Shown one piece after another: positions 56,326-64,000 of a stretch of DNA of 64,000 nt. The position numbers and the translations under genes are program-made. The number at the start of each line of letters is the position of its first letter. Position 1 is the first letter of the stretch. The notes below the pieces were generated by a model. The model ran no database searches and was not told the origin of the DNA. It worked only from the letters and a program-made list of their open reading frames with translations. The DNA comes from an uncultured Syntrophobacteraceae bacterium (GTDB lineage Bacteria > Desulfobacterota > Binatia > UBA9968), in contig CAZNES010000004.1 in assembly GCA_964572145.1 (NCBI GenBank), positions 13,443 through 77,442 of the forward strand, written 5' to 3'.

Positions 56326-57468
56326 ATGGTGCAACGATTCATCCCAGTGGCATCTCCGGTGCTTGGTGGTAGAGAAAAGGCATATGTGCTCGACTGCCTG
56401 GAGTCCACGTGGATTTCCTCGACGGGCGAATATATCGGGCGGTTTGAGGGCGCCTTCGCGGAGTTTTGCGGCGTAAAGCACGCCGTTTCCTGTTCCAATG
56501 GGACGACCGCGCTGCACCTTGCCATGTTGGCGCTCGGCGTAGGTCCCGGCGATGAGGTCATCGTTCCCACGTTGACCTTTGTGGCGACCGCCAATGCCGT
56601 CGCCTACTGCGGGGCCCGTCCTGTTTTCGTCGATTCGGAGCCGGACACCTGGAACATCGACCCGACTTTGATCGAAGTCAAGATCGGTCCCAGGACCAGA
56701 GGCATCATCGTGGTCCATTTATTCGGTCATCCGGTAGATATGGACCCCATTTTGTCGATGGCGCGCCGCCACGGTCTATTCGTGGTGGAGGACGCCGCGC
56801 AGGCGCACGGCGCCGAATATAAGGGAAGAAGGGTCGGGTCTATCGGCGACGTCGCTACCTTCAGTTTCTTCGGCAACAAGATCATTACGACGGGTGAAGG
56901 CGGCATGGTCACGACCAACGACGGCGCCATCGCCGACAAGGTCCGACTGCTAAAAAATCACGGCATGGACCCGGCTCGGCGTTATTGGCATCCCGTCATC
57001 GGCTATAACTATAGGATGACCAATATCGCCGCCGCGATCGGTCTTGCCCAGGTCGAGAAGGTCGAACGGGAATTGGAGCGGCGCCGCGAGGTCGCGGGAT
57101 GGTATCGTGAACATCTTCGCAGGGCCGATGGAGTGGTCTGGCAAAGCGAGAAAGAATGGGCTAGGCATGTATGGTGGATGTTTAGCGTCGTATTGGACGA
57201 CGATCTCGCCGTAAAGCGGGATCAAGTCATGGGAGATCTTCATGAGCGCGGGATCGAAACCCGCCCGTTTGTTCACCCACTGCACACTTTGCCGGCATAT
57301 CGCGACGCCATGAGGGAGGGTAGTTTCCCGGCGGCCGAGCGCATCGCGCGGCGCGGCATCAACCTGCCCACCTGGGTGGGCTTGACGCGTGAGGAGGTGG
57401 GTTATGTGTGTGAAAGCTTACAGCTGGGCCTGGCCGAAGCGAAACCCTCCCATGCCTCGTGGGTTTAG
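56326..57468 (+). CDS. DegT/DnrJ/EryC1/StrS-family PLP-dependent sugar aminotransferase
   Basis: Family-wide conserved blocks (SCSNGTTALHLA, DAAQAHGA, FSFFGNKIITTGEGG with the PLP lysine). Confidence 0.9.
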   Translation: MVQRFIPVASPVLGGREKAYVLDCLESTWISSTGEYIGRFEGAFAEFCGVKHAVSCSNGTTALHLAMLALGVGPGDEVIVPTLTFVATANAVAYCGARPVFVDSEPDTWNIDPTLIEVKIGPRTRGIIVVHLFGHPVDMDPILSMARRHGLFVVEDAAQAHGAEYKGRRVGSIGDVATFSFFGNKIITTGEGGMVTTNDGAIADKVRLLKNHGMDPARRYWHPVIGYNYRMTNIAAAIGLAQVEKVERELERRREVAGWYREHLRRADGVVWQSEKEWARHVWWMFSVVLDDDLAVKRDQVMGDLHERGIETRPFVHPLHTLPAYRDAMREGSFPAAERIARRGINLPTWVGLTREEVGYVCESLQLGLAEAKPSHASWV

Positions 57469-57597
57469 CCCCAGGATAAAGCTCAGACGATCGCAAGCAA
57501 TGCCAGATTAAATCATACAGAATTCAGGTAAATATTATCGAGTAGCAGCGTGAAGCGATCCTGATATCGAATCGAAGATAGGTTATTAAAGAAAATC

Positions 57598-57626
57598 TTG
57601 ACACCAACTCTCGCTTGGGCTATTGA
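57598..57626 (+). promoter_or_regulatory. Sigma-70-like promoter candidate upstream of the HAF-repeat gene
   Basis: TTGACA (57598-57603), 17-nt spacer, TATTGA (57621-57626). Confidence 0.25.
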
Positions 57627-57764
57627 AGCGCAAGCTGACTCTGAAGGAAGCAGAAGCAAAAGTAAGCTCTCTTTCTCCGGTTCGCCCAACCGCTGGAACG
57701 GCCCAGCCGTAATCTCGGCAGCAAGAGTAGCGAGTCGGTACTATCCTAACAATAGAGGACCAAC

Positions 57765-58832
57765 GTGAGAACATTTCCTGTTTGTATAGTCAGCCTTGCA
57801 GTGGCCGTGCTCTTTTTACTGGGCGGTGTCGCGCAGCCCGCTTCTGCTCCTGTTGCATATAAGGTTGTTGACATGGGCGCCGTCGACCAGACCATAGGTG
57901 AGGTCATCCGCGGTTCCAACACTACGGATGGAGTGATAGGTGGGTCGGCAAGTTTTGGTTCTGGGACGCGCGCCTTTCTCTTGACCAATAGCAAGTTCGA
58001 GAATCTTAAGGGTTTGCCTGGTACCGATCGGAGTGTAGCTCACGGCACCAACGAACAGAGCTCAGTGGTCGGCTCTTCAAACAGTGCCAGTTCGCTGCGG
58101 GCCTTTCTCTGGACGCGCAAAGGTGGGGTGAAGGATCTGGGCACGCTGCCGGGCGATAGTGGCAGTGAGGCGTTCGGGATCAACAAACACAACGAGGTCG
58201 TCGGCTATTCAAGCGGCCCCCGTGGAATCGAGGCCGTTCTTTGGACCTCCGATGGAAAGATCCGGGGTCTTGGCGCATTGTCGAGCGGCGATTACAGCCG
58301 AGCGTTTGCCATCAATGAACTCGGCGAAGTTGTCGGCAGTTCGGGAAACTCCAGCAGGACTCGCGCCTTTCTTTGGACTCCTCACGCTGGGATGGCAACC
58401 CTCGGTCCGTTGCCCGGCGATACCGATAGCGTGGCCGTCGGTATCAACAGACATACTCAAGTGGTCGGCTATTCAAGCGGGCCGAGTGGGACTCGGGCCT
58501 TTCTCTGGACGCGTGGCGGTGGGATGAAAAACCTGGGCACGCTGCCAGGGCACGATTACAGCCGCGCTCTTTCCATTAACGATCACGGAGATGTCGTGGG
58601 GTTTTCGGGGAGTCTCTTAAGGGCTCGTGCCTTTCTTTGGACAAGCGGCCACGGGATGGAGGATCTTAACTCGTTGATTGCTGCGGGCGCTGACTCCATG
58701 CTCGCAGAAGCGGTTGGTATCAATGATCGCGGCACGATACTGGCCATCGCTCGCGATGACGACGGCCATGGAGATGCACATGACAATCACGAGTTGCCAG
58801 CTCGTGTCTTTCTCTTAGTACCTGCCCGGTGA
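57765..58832 (+). CDS. Secreted HAF-family extracellular repeat protein (6-7 repeats of ~43 aa)
   Basis: Signal peptide; repeats RAFLWT..GGM.DLGTLPGD..S.A.GIN..G.VVGYS; short C-terminus ELPARVFLLVPAR. Confidence 0.7.
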   Translation: MRTFPVCIVSLAVAVLFLLGGVAQPASAPVAYKVVDMGAVDQTIGEVIRGSNTTDGVIGGSASFGSGTRAFLLTNSKFENLKGLPGTDRSVAHGTNEQSSVVGSSNSASSLRAFLWTRKGGVKDLGTLPGDSGSEAFGINKHNEVVGYSSGPRGIEAVLWTSDGKIRGLGALSSGDYSRAFAINELGEVVGSSGNSSRTRAFLWTPHAGMATLGPLPGDTDSVAVGINRHTQVVGYSSGPSGTRAFLWTRGGGMKNLGTLPGHDYSRALSINDHGDVVGFSGSLLRARAFLWTSGHGMEDLNSLIAAGADSMLAEAVGINDRGTILAIARDDDGHGDAHDNHELPARVFLLVPAR

Positions 58833-58835
58833 GCG

Positions 58836-61800
58836 ATGCTCGAACCGACAGGGAACACGGCCAAAATCTTATTGCTGTCTTTGGCTGTTCTCTGTCTCGG
58901 TATCAGCGCCGGCATGGCAGCCCAGACTGATCCTGCTGTGGTAGGGCGGTGGTCTTCCGTGCCGGATTTGCCCTTCTACCCCGTACACCTCCATGTGCTT
59001 CCCACGGGCGAGGTGATGATTTGGCCAGGGGATGGAGGGATTTCTGGTAACGACCCACGGCTCTGGGATCCGGTCACGCAGGCCACCACCCCTTTGGCCA
59101 AGCCTGGCTATGATGTTTTCTGTTCCGGCCATTCCTTCCTGGCAGACGGCCAATTATTCGTCGCAGGCGGACACATTATAAATAACGTTGGGCTTCCGAA
59201 GGCGAGCGCCTATAATCCATTCACGGATACCTGGACTGCTCTGCCTAACATGAACGCAGGACGTTGGTATCCTACAAGCACCACATTGGCGAACGGCGAC
59301 GCGTTGGTAGTCTCCGGGAGTATTGATACAACCGTGGGCGCTAATCCGCTGCCCCAGGTTTTCCAGGTAACGACCGGCACTTGGCGTGACCTCACGAATG
59401 CGCAACTGAGCATGGATCTATACCCGCGGATGCACGTGGCGCCAAACGGCAAGGTGTTCAATTCCAGCCCGACTACAGTCACACGCTACCTCGACACCTC
59501 TGGGACCGAAGCCTGGACGGCGGTGGCCAATCGCAGTCTCTTCCGGGACTTCGGATCGTCTGTGTTGTATGACGATGGGAAAATCTTGATCATGGGCGGC
59601 GGAGACCCACCCACTAAAACAGCCGAGGTCATCGATCTGAACGCGGCGTCTCCCGCCTGGAGGTCCGTGGCTTCGATGGCCAACGCCCGCCGACAACTGA
59701 ACGCTACGATCCTGCCGGACGGCAAGGTGCTGGTGACCGGCGGCACTAGCGGGCCGGGGTTCAACAACGCCAGCTTTCCCGTCTATGCCGCTGAAATGTG
59801 GGACCCGGCGACCGAGCTATGGACAACGATGACCAGTGCCCAGATTCCGCGGCTCTATCACTCGGCTGCTGCCCTGCTGCCTGACGGGCGCCTTATCAGC
59901 ACCGGAGGAAATGGCTACCCACAAACGGAGGTCTACGAGCCGCCGTATTTATTCAAGGGAGCTCGGCCCGGGATCACTTCGGCGCCCGCGGGCGTGGCCT
60001 ACGGGGACACGTTCTTCGTGCAGACGCCGGATGCCGCCGGCATCACGCAGGTTACCTGGATACGGCTCCCCTCGGTGACACATGCGTTCAATACGGAGCA
60101 ACGGATCAACCGTTTGAGTTTTTCGCAGACAGCGGGGGGGTTAAACGTAGTGGCGCCCTCTAACCCGAACCTGGCTCCGGTAGGGTATTACATGCTGTTC
60201 ATCCTCAACAGTGCCGGCGTGCCGTCGGTCGCTCAAATCGTACGAATCAATACCGCACCACCTGGACCGGCTCCCGTTCCCACGTTGAGTTCGCTGTCGC
60301 CGAACAGCGCGATCGCAGGCGCTTCAGCCTTTGCCCTAACGGTCAACGGGAGCAACTTCATTGTTGGGTCGATGGTGCAGTGGAATGGGACGGCGCGGCC
60401 CACCACGTTTGTGAGCGCCACGCAGTTGACCGCGGTAATCTCGGCCAATGACCTGGCGGTGGCGGGCGCAGCTTCGGTAGCGGTGGTGAATCCCGCGCCG
60501 GGAGGGGGCGCCTCGAATGCGCTCATCTTCGTAATCAATCAGGCCAGCGTCACGGCAGGGCTGGTGGCCGCCTACGGCTTCGATGAAGGATCGGGCACGA
60601 CGGTGGGAGACTCGTCGGGCAACGGCCACAGCGGCGTCATTTCCGGGACGACGTGGACGACGAGTGGAAAATATGGGAACGCCCTCTCGTTTAACGGCAC
60701 AAATAGTTATGTGAGCGTTGCAAATCCAAATCTTCCCACCGGCGACTACACCTGGTCAGCCTGGATCAATCCCAATCAGACCAGTACCTTTCGGGGAATC
60801 ATGGTCTCCCACGGTACCGGTCCCGGGCAACTAGAAATGGACATAGACTCTGGCCGTGTCGTCATTTACACCAACGACAGCCAACGAATCGTGAGCGCTA
60901 CGATAATTTCCACCGGTGTATGGACTCATCTCGCTCTTTCGCGTGCGGGGAGCACGATCAGGTTATACCTCAATGGAAATCAGGATCCGAATACCGGAAC
61001 AGACGCTGCGGCGCAAAATTTTCAAGGGTGTCCCTTGTTGATAGGCGTGGACAATGATTCCGGCTGCACTGGAAGCCTAAACGGATTTTTTGACGGCCGC
61101 ATTGATGAAGTGCGGATCTACAGCCGTGCGCTGAGTCAGGCAGAGATCCAGAGTTACATGAACACACCGATCACTCCGCCGGGGCCTGACACCACACCGC
61201 CGGACACAAACATCACGGCTACTCCCGCGAACCCGAGCAACAGCAGCAGCGCAAGCTTCAGCTTTACCTCCACCGAGGCAGGCAGCAGCTTTGAGTGTCA
61301 GTTGGACGGGGGAAGCTTTGGCGCCTGCACGAGTCCCAAGAGCTACACCAGTTTGGGCGACGGGAGTCATATCTTCTACGTGCGCGCTATTGACGTTGCC
61401 GGAAACGTTGATCCGACGCCGGCGAGCTACACGTGGACGAGCGATGTTAGCTCTCCTACCATCACCATTACCTCCCCAACTTTGAATCCGACGTATACGA
61501 CCGGCAGCAGCCCGCTGAGTCTTGGTGGGACCGCGAGCGACAACAATGGGGTGACACAGGTCACATGGGCTAACGATCGGGGTGGGAGCGGGACGGCCAG
61601 CGGGACGGCGAGCTGGAGCGCGAGCGGCATAATTCTTCAAAGCGGGACCAACGTTCTTACGGTGATGGCGCGCGATGCAGCCGGCAATACGGGAACGGAC
61701 GCTCTTACCGTGAGTTATACACCACCGCCCCCGCCGCCCGACACGACGCCGCCGGACACGAGCATAACATCTTCACCGAGCAATCCGAGCAGCAGCGCGA

Positions 61801-63599
61801 GCGCGAGCTTTAGTTTTACTTCCACCGAGGCGGGGAGTTTTGAATGTAAAATGGACGCCGGCAGTTTTGTGAGCTGCGCGAGCCCTCAGAGCTACAGTAA
61901 CTTGGGGAACGGAAGTCATACCTTCCAGGTGCGGGTTACTGACTTGGCCGGTAACGTCGATCCGACGCCGGCGAGCTACACATGGACGATTGATGTCACA
62001 GTAGTCACGACAGGGCTCGTGGCCGCCTTTGGCTTCGATGAAGGATCAGGCACGACGGTGGGAGACTCGTCGGGGAACGGATACACGGGCAACATTATCG
62101 GCGCGGCGTGGACGGCGAGCGGAAAGTTTGGCAACGCCCTCTCCTTTAACGGGACGAGCAGTTACGTGAGCGCTTCGATCCCTACCCTTCCCACCGGTGA
62201 CTATACCTGGTCGTCGTGGGTGAATCCCAATCAAACTGGCACCTTTCGGGGGATTATGGTCTCCCGCGGGAGCGGTCTCGGGGGAGTAGAACTGGATATA
62301 GACGCTGGTCGTATCAACGTTTGGTCCAACGGCAACCTAGGATTAATAAGCGGTACAATAATCCCTGTTGGCGTATGGACACACGTGGCTCTCACGCGTG
62401 CGGGGAGCACGATCAGGTTATATATCAACGGGAGTCAGGATCCGAATACCGGAGCGGATGGGCTTGCTAACGATTTCGCGGGCTGTCCACTGTTGATCGG
62501 TGTCGATAATGACAGCGGCTGCACTGGAAGCCTAAACGGAAATTTTGACGGCCTCATTGATGAAATTCGGGTCTACAATCGGGCGCTGAGTCAGGCAGAG
62601 ATTCAGAGTTACATGAACACACCGGTCACTCCGGTGGGGCCCGACACCACACCGCCGGAGACGAGCATCACAGCCGCTCCCGCCAATCCGAGCAACAGCA
62701 GCAGCGCAAGCTTCAGCTTTACCTCCACCGAGGCAGGGAGCAGTTTTGAATGTCAGTTGGACGGGGGAAGCTTTGGCGCCTGCACGAGTCCCAAGAGCTA
62801 CACCGGTCTGGGAGAGGGCAGCCACACCTTCCAGGTGCGGGCCATTGATTCGGTCAGTAACATCGACCCGACGCCAGCAAGTTATACGTGGACGATTGAT
62901 AGCACGCCACCGGACACGACCCTTACAGCGACCCCGCCGAATCCGAGCAACAACGGCAATGCCAGCTTCAGCTTTACGTCCCCGGAGTCGAGCGTCGGTT
63001 TTCAATGCCAGTTGGATGGCGCTGCCTTTGCTGCCTGCACAAGCCCGAAGAGCTATACCGCTCTGGCGAGCGGCAGCCACATTTTTCAGGTGCGAGCCGT
63101 CGATGCGGCGGGAAACGTCGACCCCATCCCGGCAAGCTATACTTGGACTTATACGCCAATCACTCGCTTCCCGGCTGCCACGACAATAGAAACTGGAACG
63201 CTGTTGGCAGGCACTGCCACTAGTCTCAACGCCGACGACAACAATTATTATCAGGTCAACTCCACCTCGTCGGGCACCCGCACCACATCATGGTACGGCA
63301 TTTTCACCAGCGTGCCGAGCAACCTCAGCAAACTGAAGGTGAGCTACAAGGGCAAGAACTCGCAAAGCTGCACTCAGACGATCGCCATATGGCGCTGGAC
63401 TGATAGCACGTGGGTGCAGCTCGACTCGCGCAGTGTGAGCACCACCGAGGTTTCGATTGCCAACCTTGTTCCGGCAGGCGCGGCCGGCCAATACGTCAAC
63501 GGCGCCACCGGGGAGCTTCGGGTAAGAATCCGCTGCACGCGCTCGGGTAACTTCACCACCAGCGGCGATCTGATGAATATAGTCTACGATACCCCGTAG
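58836..63599 (+). CDS. Secreted 1,587-aa multidomain protein: galactose-oxidase/glyoxal-oxidase-like Kelch propeller + E-set domain, IPT/TIG, 2x LamG-like lectin domains, 5x Cys-containing Ig-like domains, C-terminal beta-sandwich domain
   Basis: Signal peptide; Kelch-like propeller plus DUF1929-like region (residues ~30-470); LamG motifs ([23 protein letters not shown]...[20 protein letters not shown]) twice; repeated ...[56 protein letters not shown]. Confidence 0.8.
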   Translation: MLEPTGNTAKILLLSLAVLCLGISAGMAAQTDPAVVGRWSSVPDLPFYPVHLHVLPTGEVMIWPGDGGISGNDPRLWDPVTQATTPLAKPGYDVFCSGHSFLADGQLFVAGGHIINNVGLPKASAYNPFTDTWTALPNMNAGRWYPTSTTLANGDALVVSGSIDTTVGANPLPQVFQVTTGTWRDLTNAQLSMDLYPRMHVAPNGKVFNSSPTTVTRYLDTSGTEAWTAVANRSLFRDFGSSVLYDDGKILIMGGGDPPTKTAEVIDLNAASPAWRSVASMANARRQLNATILPDGKVLVTGGTSGPGFNNASFPVYAAEMWDPATELWTTMTSAQIPRLYHSAAALLPDGRLISTGGNGYPQTEVYEPPYLFKGARPGITSAPAGVAYGDTFFVQTPDAAGITQVTWIRLPSVTHAFNTEQRINRLSFSQTAGGLNVVAPSNPNLAPVGYYMLFILNSAGVPSVAQIVRINTAPPGPAPVPTLSSLSPNSAIAGASAFALTVNGSNFIVGSMVQWNGTARPTTFVSATQLTAVISANDLAVAGAASVAVVNPAPGGGASNALIFVINQASVTAGLVAAYGFDEGSGTTVGDSSGNGHSGVISGTTWTTSGKYGNALSFNGTNSYVSVANPNLPTGDYTWSAWINPNQTSTFRGIMVSHGTGPGQLEMDIDSGRVVIYTNDSQRIVSATIISTGVWTHLALSRAGSTIRLYLNGNQDPNTGTDAAAQNFQGCPLLIGVDNDSGCTGSLNGFFDGRIDEVRIYSRALSQAEIQSYMNTPITPPGPDTTPPDTNITATPANPSNSSSASFSFTSTEAGSSFECQLDGGSFGACTSPKSYTSLGDGSHIFYVRAIDVAGNVDPTPASYTWTSDVSSPTITITSPTLNPTYTTGSSPLSLGGTASDNNGVTQVTWANDRGGSGTASGTASWSASGIILQSGTNVLTVMARDAAGNTGTDALTVSYTPPPPPPDTTPPDTSITSSPSNPSSSASASFSFTSTEAGSFECKMDAGSFVSCASPQSYSNLGNGSHTFQVRVTDLAGNVDPTPASYTWTIDVTVVTTGLVAAFGFDEGSGTTVGDSSGNGYTGNIIGAAWTASGKFGNALSFNGTSSYVSASIPTLPTGDYTWSSWVNPNQTGTFRGIMVSRGSGLGGVELDIDAGRINVWSNGNLGLISGTIIPVGVWTHVALTRAGSTIRLYINGSQDPNTGADGLANDFAGCPLLIGVDNDSGCTGSLNGNFDGLIDEIRVYNRALSQAEIQSYMNTPVTPVGPDTTPPETSITAAPANPSNSSSASFSFTSTEAGSSFECQLDGGSFGACTSPKSYTGLGEGSHTFQVRAIDSVSNIDPTPASYTWTIDSTPPDTTLTATPPNPSNNGNASFSFTSPESSVGFQCQLDGAAFAACTSPKSYTALASGSHIFQVRAVDAAGNVDPIPASYTWTYTPITRFPAATTIETGTLLAGTATSLNADDNNYYQVNSTSSGTRTTSWYGIFTSVPSNLSKLKVSYKGKNSQSCTQTIAIWRWTDSTWVQLDSRSVSTTEVSIANLVPAGAAGQYVNGATGELRVRIRCTRSGNFTTSGDLMNIVYDTP
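60560..62890 (+). repeat. Recent internal tandem duplication of a ~1.45-kb module (LamG + Ig-like domains) within the giant gene
   Basis: 60560-61140 vs 62010-62580 are about 80-85% identical; 61140-61350 vs 62580-62790 are about 90% identical by eye. Confidence 0.6.
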
Positions 63600-63646
63600 G
63601 CCGGCCTCTCGCGACCTTACTGCCATTCAATCTTTTTACCGTGAGT

Positions 63647-63700
63647 GTGACCGCGGATACGGGCCAGTATCCGGCGCGGTCGCGAACTTTTTGGAAAACA
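63647..63700 (+). terminator. Hairpin plus T-tract terminator candidate after the giant gene
   Basis: GACCGCGGATACGG-GCCA-GTATCCGGCGCGGTC (with a bulge), followed by GCGAACTTTTT. Confidence 0.4.
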
Positions 63701-63720
63701 ATTTGCACGACCTGGAGAAA

Positions 63721-64000
63721 GTGACGGCGGTTATCCTGGCCGGCGGCCTGGGAACTCGGCTGCGCCCGGCCGTAGCCGATCGGCCGAAGGTGTTGGCTGA
63801 GGTTGGAGGCCGGCCGTTTCTCGCTTATCTTTTGGATCAATTGATGGCCGCCGGTGTCCGATCCGTCGTGCTATGCACGGGGCACCTTGGACAGCAAGTG
63901 CAGGACAGGTTTGGCGATTCTTACGGAACTTTGCGCCTGCGCTATTCACGCGAGTCATTGCCTTTAGGGACGGCCGGCGCCTTGCGTTTGGCGCTACCGC
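63721..64000 (+). CDS. Sugar-phosphate nucleotidyltransferase (NTP_transferase family), N-terminal part; runs off window end
   Basis: GTG start; VTAVILAGGLGTRLRP...GTAGAL signature of G1P thymidylyl/guanylyltransferases. Confidence 0.7.
   Translation, partial: MTAVILAGGLGTRLRPAVADRPKVLAEVGGRPFLAYLLDQLMAAGVRSVVLCTGHLGQQVQDRFGDSYGTLRLRYSRESLPLGTAGALRLALP

Noticed and set aside
57765-58832. C-terminus of the HAF-repeat protein as a PEP-CTERM or other exosortase tag
   Set aside because: After LPAR only 9 residues remain (VFLLVPAR). That is too short for a TM helix plus basic cluster, and no PEP motif is present.

Overview
This is a high-GC bacterial chromosome segment from a diderm organism; a beta-barrel outer-membrane protein and a Wza-type lipoprotein are present. 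It has three parts.

(1) Positions 1-22,180 hold catabolic, transport and housekeeping genes: two paralogous Rieske non-heme oxygenase genes, three solute-binding-protein loci (one frameshifted, one with an in-frame premature stop, one orphan 3' fragment), an Fe3+/thiamine-type ABC importer, maleylacetoacetate isomerase, a DapA-family lyase, a glyoxalase, a rhomboid protease, a 2-hydroxyacid dehydrogenase, a carboxymuconolactone-decarboxylase-family protein, an MFS transporter and secreted proteins.

(2) Positions ~22,180-57,480 are a clearly lower-GC polysaccharide island of about 35 kb. It opens with an RfaH/NusG-like paralog and an ExeA-like ATPase, and has PEP-CTERM/EPS-type architecture: outer-membrane protein, short Wza, GumC-like co-polymerase, BY-kinase, priming sugar phosphotransferase, deacetylase and a FemAB-like protein. 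No exosortase is visible in the window. The island also carries two tandem Wzm/Wzt ABC exporters and many glycosyltransferase and decoration genes.

Embedded in the island is an unusual sugar-acid module: a Gfo/Idh/MocA oxidoreductase, a DAHP-synthase-class-I-beta-like enzyme with an altered KPRTS motif, an AroE-like dehydrogenase, a NeuB-like synthase, two tandem CMP-sugar cytidylyltransferases and a Cst-II/GT42-like transferase. I rate this as the best candidate in the window for an undescribed system, namely biosynthesis and transfer of a non-canonical ulosonic acid.

(3) Positions 57,500-64,000 return to high GC. They hold a HAF-repeat secreted protein, a 1,587-aa galactose-oxidase-like multidomain protein with a recent internal module duplication, and the start of a nucleotidyltransferase gene.

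I found no rRNA, tRNA or CRISPR. Coordinates follow the supplied ORF track, and functional calls are by motif recognition only.
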